A DNA stretch of 64,000 nt, taken from NCBI GenBank assembly GCA_951406725.2, contig OX597838.1, positions 1,116,001 to 1,180,000 of the forward strand, in the 5' to 3' direction. The position numbers and the translations under genes were made by a program. Below are positions 53,531 to 64,000 of the stretch, in pieces. The DNA is from Octopus vulgaris. Its lineage: Eukaryota. Below the pieces are notes generated by a model. That model was not told the origin of the DNA and ran no database searches. It worked only from the letters and a program-made list of their open reading frames with translations. How positions within the stretch are numbered: the stretch's first letter is position 1; the number at the start of each line of letters is the position of its first letter.

Positions 53531-56500
53531 TGTGCACCAGATGTAAGGACAATATTCCATTGTGGATCTCACTTGAGCTTTGTAGAGCATCAGTAATTGC
53601 CGAGGGGCTAAGGTCTCTTGTGACCCTAAAAAGAAGAAGAGCCAAGAGAAGTGGGGAAACTACAATATTTTTATGAATTTATTCTATCAGCCACAGACAT
53701 GTTTATTGTTGCACATGTTTCGTTCGGTCCTCTCTCATCTCATTATGTTTAATGTGATATGGCATATGACACATTCCCTGTTAGAGATTTATTGGGAATC
53801 TGGTTACACAGGGACCAAGTCCCAATTGGGGAAATTTCTTTGGTGACTTCTATGTAAATATCCATAGAATGTAAGGAATTCTAAATATGGGGAAACCATT
53901 CAGTTTTGGAGAAATCTCATGGTAATTCCACGAGGGGAAACTGTAAAAATGAAGTCTCAGACATGGCAGTTTAATACCGTATTATCCTATGATTAAATTC
54001 TTCTATAAATCAGCAGGGGTGGGGTAGAAAGAGACTGTCGTTAAGAAGATTGTTTTTGCAAGTACCTAGCTTTGAGTTTAATCCTATGTACAGTATCTTG
54101 TATAAGTGTTTTCCACATTTCTCATCGCTTTGACAACTGTGAGGAAGCCAGTTGGAAGGACCATTCTTGGTTAGCCCCAGCACTTGGTCATTAGATACCT
54201 GTAGTGTGTAGCTTAAGCCATCAGCTACCTTTGGTGGAGTCCACTCTGTTGAAAGTATTTGGGTCAGGTAACTTCCTTCATCAGCCTCAAAGAGTCATGG
54301 CTAAGGCCCTGGCCACAACAACAACAACAGCAGTAATAGTAGTTGTAGTAGTAGTAATTTTCGTTTTATTTTTATTGTAAGCAGATATGTCTGAATTTAG
54401 AGGATCAAAGAATTGAGCAGAATTATGTGCTTTTCTATGACCCTAATATAGTTATAAATATTGTGATCCCAGCAGAGTAAAAGCTAATATTTGACTCCAC
54501 TCTGGGATTTGAACTCTGACCTGTGAAAGCAATGAACCAGATTCGCCAGCTTCATTAAATTTCGTGATATTAACATTTTTAAAATTCCTTAGATATATAT
54601 TTAGCTACACTTTCCTGCCCTTCTTTCTTTCTCTCTTTCCTTTCAGAATTTCCAATGTTTTTATGCGAAAACTTCCATCTCAGTGTTGTATTATTTCGTC
54701 TTTTCTATGTTGGATTTTCTGTCTGTATGTCTGTAGTGTGAATGGTTATGTATCATCATCATCATCATCATCTATACCTGGTTGCATGTTGTGTGTATCC
54801 TGTATACCTGGTTGTTAATTTAATCAATAGCTTTTAACACTTTTGCCCATCTCTTATGTTTCTCGGTTCTGCATTTTCTCAACTTGACCAATCAATCCCG
54901 AATATTGTGGATCAACTTTCCAATCATTGCTGAGATGAGTAAAATAACTGAATCAAATCAATACAAAACAAGGCTTGGTGATACTGGGAGTATTTTTGCC
55001 TGAAAACCTGGCATCTACTCCTCCTGTATTGTGGGCATAAATACTAAGATGATGATGATGATGATGATGATACCTGTAATCTACTAATAATTGGTGGTGG
55101 TATGTAACTGCATCAGTAAACGCTTGTCTAATCCATTGCAAACCCCTGTTTAACCTATGCAAAGCCTCTTAGTTTATTTAGCAGCAGAATGAGAAAGTTA
55201 AAGGTAAGTAGTGGTGGTGTTGTGGTCAGTGTGGAAATCCTCATCACCGTTTATCAATGACATAGTATCACCTGTGTGGCCATAATGGAACACAGAGCTA
55301 CATTACTCAGCAGCTGATAGAAACTCATTAAGTCTAGTCTTGTTTATGTTAGCAGCGTTTCTCGTTAATTCTGACAGAATTTTAAAACAAATGTCAGAAG
55401 GAGTTTGCTTACAGCACAACAACAATATGTAACAATTCTTAGTCTCCTAATAAATCATTATTATTTATATCAATACGTTTATCTCCGCCTATATCTATTG
55501 ATATACGTGTGTATATATTATGTATGTATATTTATAGGTATGGATGGATGGATCTATTTATATATCACCATTATTTAATCTCCATTATTTCATGCTCTCT
55601 CTATCCATCTATCTGTCTGCCTGTCTCTTTGTCTATCTATTTCTATTTGTCTGTGTGTCTGACTACCTATCTATCTCTATCTGTCTATCTATCTATCTCT
55701 GTCTGTCTATCCATTCTCCATCTATATTCAACCATCCATTTTCATTCATCCATCTCATCTCATCACCATCAGCTTTTATTGTCCACATCTCCATGCTTGC
55801 ATGGGTCAAATGGAATTCATTGAAGCAAATATTCTTTGGCCAGAGGCCTTTCCTGTGGCCAATCCTGTTTTCAAGTTAATGCTTCCTCATGACCAGATAT
55901 CTTTTGGAAACAAACAAACATTGCATGTATGACAGAGACGCTTGTTTACAGCCATCATGGAACGTCAAAAGACGCATGCATGCACACACACACACACACA
56001 CACATCATCAATTAACGTCCATCTTCCATGCTGGCATGGGTTGGACAGTTTGACAGGAGCTGGCCAGCCACAGGACTGTACCAAACCCCTCTGTCTATTT
56101 TGGCATGGTTTTTATGGCTGGATGGCTGTCCAACAGACACATACACACAACAGGCTTCTTCCAGTTTCTGTCAACCAAATCTACTCAAAAAGGTTTGGAG
56201 AAATGTCTTCCATTAACTTGTATGATAAATTTTGGTTCAAATCTCACTGGGGTCAGCTTTATCTTTCATCCATCCAGTGTCAATCAAATACTGGGGTCAG
56301 TTATTCTCTCTCTCTCTCAGAATCCACTGTTCTGTGAGGTGGTCATGGCAGGCTGCTTGAAATTGGCTAAATATGTCTCACCCAACAACAGCTTTCTAAA
56401 TAAGGCAACGTGGATTGCACAGAATGTCTTTTTAAAACGTACTCACACACTACCACTCTCACTCCTTCTCCACTACATATCACACAGTGTCATGTAGAGT

Positions 56501-56821
56501 TTTAGTTCAGTGAAGGAGGGACAGTGCTCATGGCGTTTTTCCCTTGTCTCCAGGAAGTTATTTTCAGTCCAGACATCTGTACCAAATATTTCCATCTGAG
56601 TTGACTCTACAAAAACCAGATGGTAGTTTATAGCTCTGCCATCCAAATGGTATCCAGTGATGCTGGTGTAAACCGTGTGATGAATATTGGTCCACCATTG
56701 AACCCATGTTTTATCTCTTTGTTTCAACAGGTTTTCTTAATTAATTGCAAATCTTTTACTTATTTCAGTATTTTCTTTTCCTCTGTTTTGCCCTCCCTCT
56801 CAACCTGTTCTCTTCCCCCAG

Positions 56822-56966
56822 GTGTGTTGGAATGATTGATAACAAAACCAAAAGACTTCACTGTATCAGTATTCGACCTGCAACAGTTGAAGAGAGGAAT
56901 TTGCCACGAATCATGGCATTCCTTCAGCAAAACTATTTAAACGGTTTCGACAACAACAGTGGGTAA
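56822..56966 (+). CDS. SPATA22: SPATA22 last recognisable coding exon (CVGMIDNKTKRLHCISIRPATVEE...DNNSG*)
   Basis: CCCCCAG acceptor, phase 2. Matches human CVGNYDQKKNIFQCVSVRPASVSE. The TAA at 56964-56966 overlaps a GTAAGT donor, so the true C-terminus is ambiguous. Confidence 0.9.
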
Positions 56967-57083
56967 GTGGTGGCATTGTAATTGCCTTTTTTCTATTCAA
57001 ATGTTTCAGGTATTTAAAAGGTTTAGGCAACAACACCACCAGGTAAGTGCTGGCTTTGTAATTGACTTTTTCGTTTTCAATTT
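56934..57083 (+). repeat. Diverged tandem duplication (period about 77 nt) of the SPATA22 stop/donor region
   Basis: TATTTAAACGGTTTCGACAACAACAGTGGGTAAGTGGTGGCATTGTAATTGCCTTTT versus TATTTAAAAGGTTTAGGCAACAACACCACCAGGTAAGTGCTGGCTTTGTAATTGACTTTT. Confidence 0.9.
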
Positions 57084-57090
57084 ATTAGTA

Positions 57091-57096
57091 AATAAA
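57091..57096 (+). terminator. Candidate polyadenylation signal of SPATA22
   Basis: AATAAA about 125 nt after the stop codon, in AT-rich sequence where chance hits are common. Confidence 0.35.
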
Positions 57097-57123
57097 TAGA
57101 TACATAAATAATAATAATAATAA

Positions 57124-57330
57124 TCCTTTCTAATACAGGCACAAGGCCTGAAATTATGGGGGAGGGGACTAGTCAGTTGCATTGACCCCAGAGTTTCACT
57201 GGTACTTAATTTATTGATCCTGAAAGGATGAAAAGCAAAGTCGACCTTGATGGAATTTGAACTCAGAACGTAAAGACAGACAAAATACTGCTAAGCATGT
57301 TGCCTGGCATGCTAACGTTTCTGCCAGCTA
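57124..57330 (-). mobile_element. SINE family B, antisense
   Basis: Reverse complement of the family B consensus. Confidence 0.8.
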
Positions 57331-57819
57331 GTAATGGCTTAAAATTTTGGCAGAAGGCCAGTAATTTTAAGGGAGGAAATAATTTGGCTTACATTGACCC
57401 TCAACCCAGTACTTGACTTGTACTTTATTGATCCTGGAACAAGGAAAGGCAAAGTGGACCTTCTCAGAAATAATGATTTCTTTTATTGGCCACAAGGTCC
57501 CAAGATATGGAGGATAATATCGAAGGACAAGTTAGAGCACAAAAAATTACAAAAACATGTGGGGTTAACATCAATCAAGGGGAGATGCTACCACATTAAA
57601 GGATATATAATAGAAAGTAGAGAAATAAATAATAAATAGAAACCCCAACAGCAGGGCAGTCCACTTAAGGTAATCTGGGATAAACCCCCAACAAAAATCC
57701 TGAAACTGTTTTTACCTGGCATTTCAGCAACAGCTCCCTTTCTGGATGAGCTTGGCCACCCCTAGTCATGATCTCTTCCCAGTTCCTATCTACCTTGAGA
57801 TCTGGTCCAAATCAAATTC

Positions 57820-58660
57820 CGAGCACTTTCAGTAATTGTTGCTAGTTGACTTGCCCCTCCAAGAGCCTAGTTGCAGACCTACTGACCTGTCCTGGTTTAT
57901 GAGTGCACCGGTACATTCCTGATATTCTTTCAGTTTAGTGTCAATCTTTTCTATGTCCAAAGAGTCCGGCACCATGACAGTGATGTTGTCCGTGTATGCA
58001 GGCACAGCTATTCTGTGGAATACCTTCAAATTCTCCATCCTTCACAGCAAGGGTTCTATAGCTAAAATATATAAAAGCAGGGAGAAGGGGCATCCTGAGC
58101 ATTCAATACTGAAAAGTCCCAAGAAGTGGTTCTTCAGTTTGACAACCAAGCAGATGCCACTATATATTGTGATGATCCAATCTCTGAAGAGGGGATTGAA
58201 ACCAACAGCTTTTAGGACAGACACCAGATAACAATGGTTCACCCTGTCAAAAGCTTTGGGTTGTTCCAGATTGACCAGTGCCCTTCCAAAGCCCAATCTA
58301 TTCAGACCTGTTCTACCATGTATCAGATGAGGTGGAGACTGTTGTGCATAGATCTACTGGGGTTTGCACTAGTTTGTGCATCCCCGACAACAAGCGCCAG
58401 CCTCTTGGCTAGCACCTTAGCTAAAATCAGTGTTAAGTTAAGTTAAGGGCCTGACGTTTTCATTCACCTCCTTCTCATTCAGATCCCTTCTCAGCAGCGT
58501 CACCGCTTCCCAACCACATGGCTGGGAATGCTTTCCATCAGTTACCAGGAGCTATTGAAACTAGTTCAAATAAGTCCGACATGTGGGCATATAGTTCATA
58601 GGGCAGACCCTCCAACCCGGTGATTTGCACCCCACACAGTGCCCCAGTACATCTTCCACT
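57820..58660 (-). mobile_element. L1/Tx1-clade reverse transcriptase relic
   Basis: Peptides KAFDRVNH.YL..VLKAVGF, GCPFSLLLYILAIEPLL and AYTDNITV (YADD-like) in shifted frames. Confidence 0.8.
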
Positions 58661-59131
58661 TCCCCCATGGCAGAAATAATAACTGATTGTTTTAATCCTG
58701 GTGCAACCCATTTCCACTGGTGTGATTTGAACTCAGAGATGCTGTACTTTTCCTTGTAATAATTGCTAACTATTTAAGGTTTAGGTCTCTACCTTCTGTG
58801 CCCAGACAGGAGCAGTAGAGAGAAGGAAACTGTTGATTCAAAGGATCACACTCTATTGCTGGTACTTAATTTTTGATGATTCCCAAAGTCGACCCCTATG
58901 GAATTCTGACATAGAATCTTTACTGTGGGTACAGGGGGCTCTTTTGATTCCTATTTTCTGGCGGTTACACTTTAAACATGTATACAAATAAAGTATATAT
59001 ATATACATACACACACACATGTGTATGTATATATATATATATATGTATTTATGTATGCACACATTTATATATATATGTGTCCAACCCATGCTAGCGCGGA
59101 AAACGGACGTTAAACGATGATGATGATATAT

Positions 59132-59168
<37 letters not shown>

Positions 59169-62100
59169 CACATATAAAACAGTGCTTGTGCCATGAAAAA
59201 GCTCCCAGTACACTCTGTAAATTGTTTGGCTTTAAGGACATCCAGCTGGAAACTGTGTGAAAGGAGACATTGGACCTATTTTTGGACCCATGGAATCCTG
59301 TCATAGCCCCTATATTTAGTCCTATTGATCTTGCTACATTTCAGAATGCACATAAACTGTGTTATATATAATTGTATTGATCTGTAGTTCTATAAACACA
59401 TTCTACGTTCTATAGAGTTTGTATAGATCCATTTAGATTTGTAGATTAGACATGTATGTGTTCTCGTAACACAACCCCCTTTTAATTAATAACCTGTCTG
59501 TAAACTAATTAGTAAATCACTGCAGCAATCACAGTCACTCACTGTAATTACATTTCAGTTAATTATATTGATGTAATCAGTGATTGGTTAGGAATATTGA
59601 GAGATGTTTTTTTTTTATCTGTTAGCCGCAGGGAGATTTCTTCTCCATTGTGATCCTTATCAATGTCACGATCATCATCATGGGTCGGACAGAGTTCATT
59701 GAAGCAAGTTTTCTACAGCCAAATGCCCTTCTTACTGCCAACCCTCACCTATTTCCAAGAAAGTTAATGTTTCCCCCATAATCAGGCACTGCTCAGATGA
59801 CAGTGGCCCTCATTTATAGCTGCCAAAACAAGTAGACACATACACATGAGGGTTTTTTTTCAGTTTTTGTCTAATTCATAAGGCTTAGAAGATATTTCCC
59901 TGATATATTATGCAATGGGACTGAACCCAGAACCAGGTGGTTTGAAGCAAACCTCTTACCACACAGCCGCACCTGCATCTTTGTGTGTGTGTTGACATGG
60001 TTATAAATGAGCCTCACCATCATGCGAGTGACTCCTTTCCAGTCTTCCATGCAGAACGTGTCTGGCCATGGGGAAAATGTTACTTTGCTTGGAAACAGCT
60101 GAAAGTCAATGACTGGGAAAGAAACTGGTTGCAGAAAATCTGTCTGACCCAAGCAAGCATGGGAAAGTGAACGCTGAATCAATGAGGATTTATACATCAA
60201 CATCATTTGATGTCTACTTTCCCACACTGGGATGGGGCAGAAAGGTTTGACAGCAATTGGCAAATCAGAAGACTGCACCAAGCTCTGCACCTTTCCTGTT
60301 TCGGTTATGGTTTCTATGGCTGGATGCCCACCACTTTGCAGAGTGTACTGGGGGCTTTTTACATGGCACTCGAAGCAGCTGGGGTCACCAAGTAACTTGC
60401 TGGACAAGACTCCTCGAATGAGACATAGTCGTCTTGAGGGGCAGAGAAGGGGTCTTGCTTTAGAAGAGAAACATGGCTGCCTCAAATAGAGAAAGATGGG
60501 GCCATACACAAGTTACAGGTTTCATCTGTCTCACCCCCCACCCTTCAAGGCAGCTTCTATTGTTACTTTATCATAACATCACCAACTCCGTTGTTGTCCC
60601 ACTGGGCAAATGTTAATTTTTATCCCGTTTTGGTATCTTTGTTTAGCCCTAGGCTAATCTTGAGCACACCATCCTGTCTTTATGTAGGATTATCTCATTT
60701 CCTTATTTTAGATAATTTAATATTTGGTTGCTGTTTCTGGTATATCAGGTTATAACTAAGAGGGTCTTTCATTGGCTCCAATTGTCAGAGTTGACACACT
60801 CCACTCATCTGAGTGTGTGGGGGGTGGGGAGGAGAATGGGAATGGAAAGTAGATTGGGGACATGAAACTGAAGAGGATTTAGAATCACTTGTCTAGTCTA
60901 TGGCTCAATAGCCCCAACCTCAACATGTACCCTGCCTCTTTCAGAGACTATCATATTTCTTCCCTCCAGTTTTCAGTTCAAATCCTACTCGGGTCAGCTT
61001 GTCTTTTTCATTTCCTTTCAGAGTTAATAAAGTAACAGAAAAATGTGATTTTCAGGCTCCCTAATAACAGGTGACATTGTGCCTCAGTCAAAAGCAGTCG
61101 ATGACAGATCAATATTGGTCAGCAGTGCATCTTATTGATATTGCTGTTTTGATCACATAGCAACTCTGTCGAGTTTTCTATTTCCTGACCAACACCAACT
61201 CATTTCACTGCAATAATTCATATACTTTGATGTCACTGTTAAGAACATCTATTTGGGTCACCATTTGAGAGTCTTCCACCCAAATATCTCTTCTCTTTTT
61301 CAAGCCCCGTTTGTCCCTCCCTTTCCACCATAGCATTGCTATTCTGTTGATTCCCCACTCCACCTTCCTCTATACATCCAAGTTTCATCTGTCACTCTAC
61401 CCTCCCCACCTCTTTTGGATTCATGTCAACTCCCTGCTCAGGCACCCTTGGCAAAATATTCTACCATCCCATTTATTTTCTCATCTCTCTACCTTGAGAG
61501 TTCACTCTTGACACATCACCACTCTCTCTCTCTCTCAGAGACTAAGGTAACCATGTCGCTCTTCTTGTTTCTCTCCTCCCCTGGCACAAGACAGCCTCCT
61601 CTCTCCAGCCTTGCCAGCTCCTGTCAAACCATCCAACCCATGCCAGCATGAAAAACGGACATCAAATGATGATGAATCCCTCCCCTTGTAGAGTGGATGG
61701 CCACACTGAAAGAAGTGCTAAGATTAAATACACCTTACAATCACAAGGGGTCCTTCATTTCAGATTCCTTTAATAGAAATTCCCAATTCAGACAATGGAC
61801 TCATCATCACCATTTTGTGTCTATTTTCTAACAGGGTCTGACATGTTGGAGGCCACATCTTACTCCAATGCCTCCGTTTTGGTAAGGCTTTCTTTGCCTC
61901 TTCCTAAAAGTTTCCTGTGACATTTTGTCTTTATGGTCGCAGGATTTCAAAGGCTGTATTGCCATTGGCAAGATTAAAGAACCCTCTTCAGCTCATTAAC
62001 CATAAATGTGGTGGGCTGGAGTGGAGGTGCCTTTTGTGGAATCAGCACAGTTGGCAGTTTGCAAAGCAAAAGAGGGAAACAATGACAGGGTATTATCAGA

Positions 62101-62743
62101 ATTAGTGTGAAGGGGTACAACAAAGCAGTAACCGGGTGGGTTGAATAAGTGAGCCCAAAATTGAGGACATGGTTAAGTTTGCTTGCCTGAATGGATCATC
62201 AGGGTCCAAGTCAGTTCGTACTGAAGTTACAGATGTTTATTGAGAGGAGACTCAGGGACGGTGAGTAAACGTAGCCAAAGTGCTTTCTTCCCTCCCTCCA
62301 GCATCCATGATTCAGTAGGACAGGAAGGAGTTACAAGGATATTCAAAAGGTACACATCAAGTCTTTTCTTCTCATTTATGGGTGGCCCTTTACAGTGAGT
62401 TGAAATGATGGTGGCGAGATGTGAAACTCTCGTTATTTCACCAATTTTACGTCTTCTCTTTGTGTCATCAATTAACAGGTTATTTTCTTTTGATAATGAA
62501 TCAATGTCTTGAGATCATCTTTTCACCCCCCCCCTCTTCCACAGATACCATTGACTTTGAGGTGCTCAGCACTTCCTCATGCCACCCCCATCACAGTCTT
62601 GTATCCCTTGCACCTAGTTTCTCAGCTCATTTATTCTTAGTCGCTCATGCACACCCTACCATCTCACTTTACTGCCATCACACACACACACACACTTCGT
62701 CAACTGAAAGAAACACAAATTAAAAAGACAAATATGTTCTTTT

Positions 62744-62753
62744 TTTATTTATT
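62744..62753 (-). terminator. Polyadenylation signal of SUPT4H1
   Basis: Two overlapping AATAAA on the - strand about 90 nt after the stop, followed by a U/GU-rich downstream element (TTTGTCTTTTTAATTTGTGTTT). Confidence 0.65.
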
Positions 62754-62841
62754 TACACTGGAAGGAGTGGGGGGGGGGGCAATGATTTGAATGAGAGATG
62801 AAAATACGATGAGGTGACAAAGATGATCAGGGCTTCCTCCC

Positions 62842-62963
62842 TTAGGCTCTTGTACTGGTGTCTCGGGGTCTGTAAGAGATTCCTTTTCGTTTCAAATCTT
62901 TTACAACATTTGGAGGAAGACGACCGGTCACAGATATTGCGTAGCAACCTTTAGAAAAACGAC
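62842..62963 (-). CDS. SUPT4H1: Terminal coding exon of transcription elongation factor SPT4 (RFSKGCYAISVTGRLPPNVVKDLKRKGISYRPRDTSTRA*)
   Basis: TTTCTTTCTTTCAG acceptor on the - strand. Matches the SPT4 C-terminus (human [39 protein letters not shown], recalled). No upstream exon was found in the window, so the rest presumably lies beyond it. Confidence 0.95.
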
Positions 62964-63120
62964 CTGAAAGAAAGAAAGAATTTATATAAGAGACCAGAAA
63001 ACATGATTTGATGATGTTCATGCATTTCCCAAAATCATCTAAAGTAGAAAGGTAACAACACTGAGTGACAACAGATTTAATTGAACAAATTACCTAAATA
63101 TTCTCACATACCACTAAATC

Positions 63121-63224
63121 AAATTTTTTCATTTTTGACACTTTAGAGACATCAGATCTTGTAGAACCATCAGAACTTGTGAAATGACCTGATGTCTCTA
63201 AAGTGTCAAAAGTGAAAAAAATTT
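63121..63224. repeat. Inverted repeat / hairpin (about 38-bp stem, 27-nt loop) in the SUPT4H1 intron
   Basis: TTTTGACACTTTAGAGACATCAG pairs with CTGATGTCTCTAAAGTGTCAAAA; weaker pairing extends to about 63096-63250. Confidence 0.9.
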
Positions 63225-64000
63225 CATAGAAGGGATGTGAAGAATTTTTTTTTTAAACTCATTTTTGAATTACCCCCTTCCTCTATTAGTGTACAAAAGG
63301 TATAAAAATTCAGCGTAACCCTATGCGTGCCTCACCAAAATATTACCGTGCCCCACATTGGGAATCATGGATTTGACCATAGTATATTACTGGTATGAGA
63401 TTGTAATAAATTTATTTAAATGTCAGCAGTGAGCTAAATAGCAGTTATTAGGGGTTGAGAGCCGTAATATTTATGCCTTTTCCAGACACAGTAAACACTT
63501 GACCTAATGTCATACACCCCCAGCCCCCCCCCCCCCCCGTCATTTACGTCCTCCAAACTCTGCCCCCCCCCCCACCAATTATACTGATGTCAACAAGTGG
63601 GTCCAAGACTCAGTAAATCCTAAGCCAGTCCCAACTCTGATTCCAGCCACGACTATCCCTTCTGTTTTGTATATCAAGCATGGCCTAATGTACCCTTCTT
63701 TAAGACACTAGGGTTAAGTTTGAGGGCTGCTATTTTTTAGGAGGCCAAACACGTCCAGCCTCCTACTTTATATAACGGAGACGAGTGGCAGCTGCACCAC
63801 CACCAAAACTTCAAATCCTAATGAAACCAACTTTTCGTTTGAGGTTAGTGAACAACAACAACAACAACAATACACTGAGGTATATGGGGGGGGGGGAGTT
63901 TATTACTCCTTTATTTCGTTTTTTTTTACCCCTCTTTGTACAGAAATATTGAGGCAGTGGGGGGGGGGGGGGCTTTCTCCCATTCACTGGTTCCATATGA

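Noticed and set aside
59871-60509. Longest ORFs (212 aa here; 180 aa at 41861-42403)
   Set aside because: Made of SINE fragments, with no protein motifs or splice support.
63009-63064. TGATGA...CTGA box C/D-like pair
   Set aside because: It is on the strand opposite the host gene, with no terminal stem or recognisable guide.

Overview
This is AT-rich, microsatellite- and SINE-dense eukaryotic DNA. The repeat families look like those of Octopus (inferred; no database search was possible). Almost all ORFs in the supplied track are microsatellite or repeat artefacts. Manual splicing recovers two real genes. (1) A multi-exon SPATA22 orthologue (meiotic partner of MEIOB) on the + strand, about 14.9/18.2 to 57.0 kb, with GT-AG junctions whose phases all match; it encodes about 386-405 aa. 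(2) The terminal coding exon of SPT4/SUPT4H1 on the - strand (62842-62963), convergent with SPATA22. The introns hold tRNA-derived SINEs, MITEs, a DD37D (maT) Tc1/mariner relic, a hAT relic and LINE fragments of several clades. The most striking structure is a 450-nt fold-back in a SPATA22 intron (38829-39278; two 213-nt arms, 8 mismatches, 24-nt loop). Each arm carries a Penelope-type type I hammerhead ribozyme, on opposite strands: intact on the gene's sense strand and with one stem III substitution on the antisense strand. Other oddities are a branch-point/polypyrimidine minisatellite before an exon, a tandem duplication of the stop/donor region and inverted SINEs bracketing two exons.
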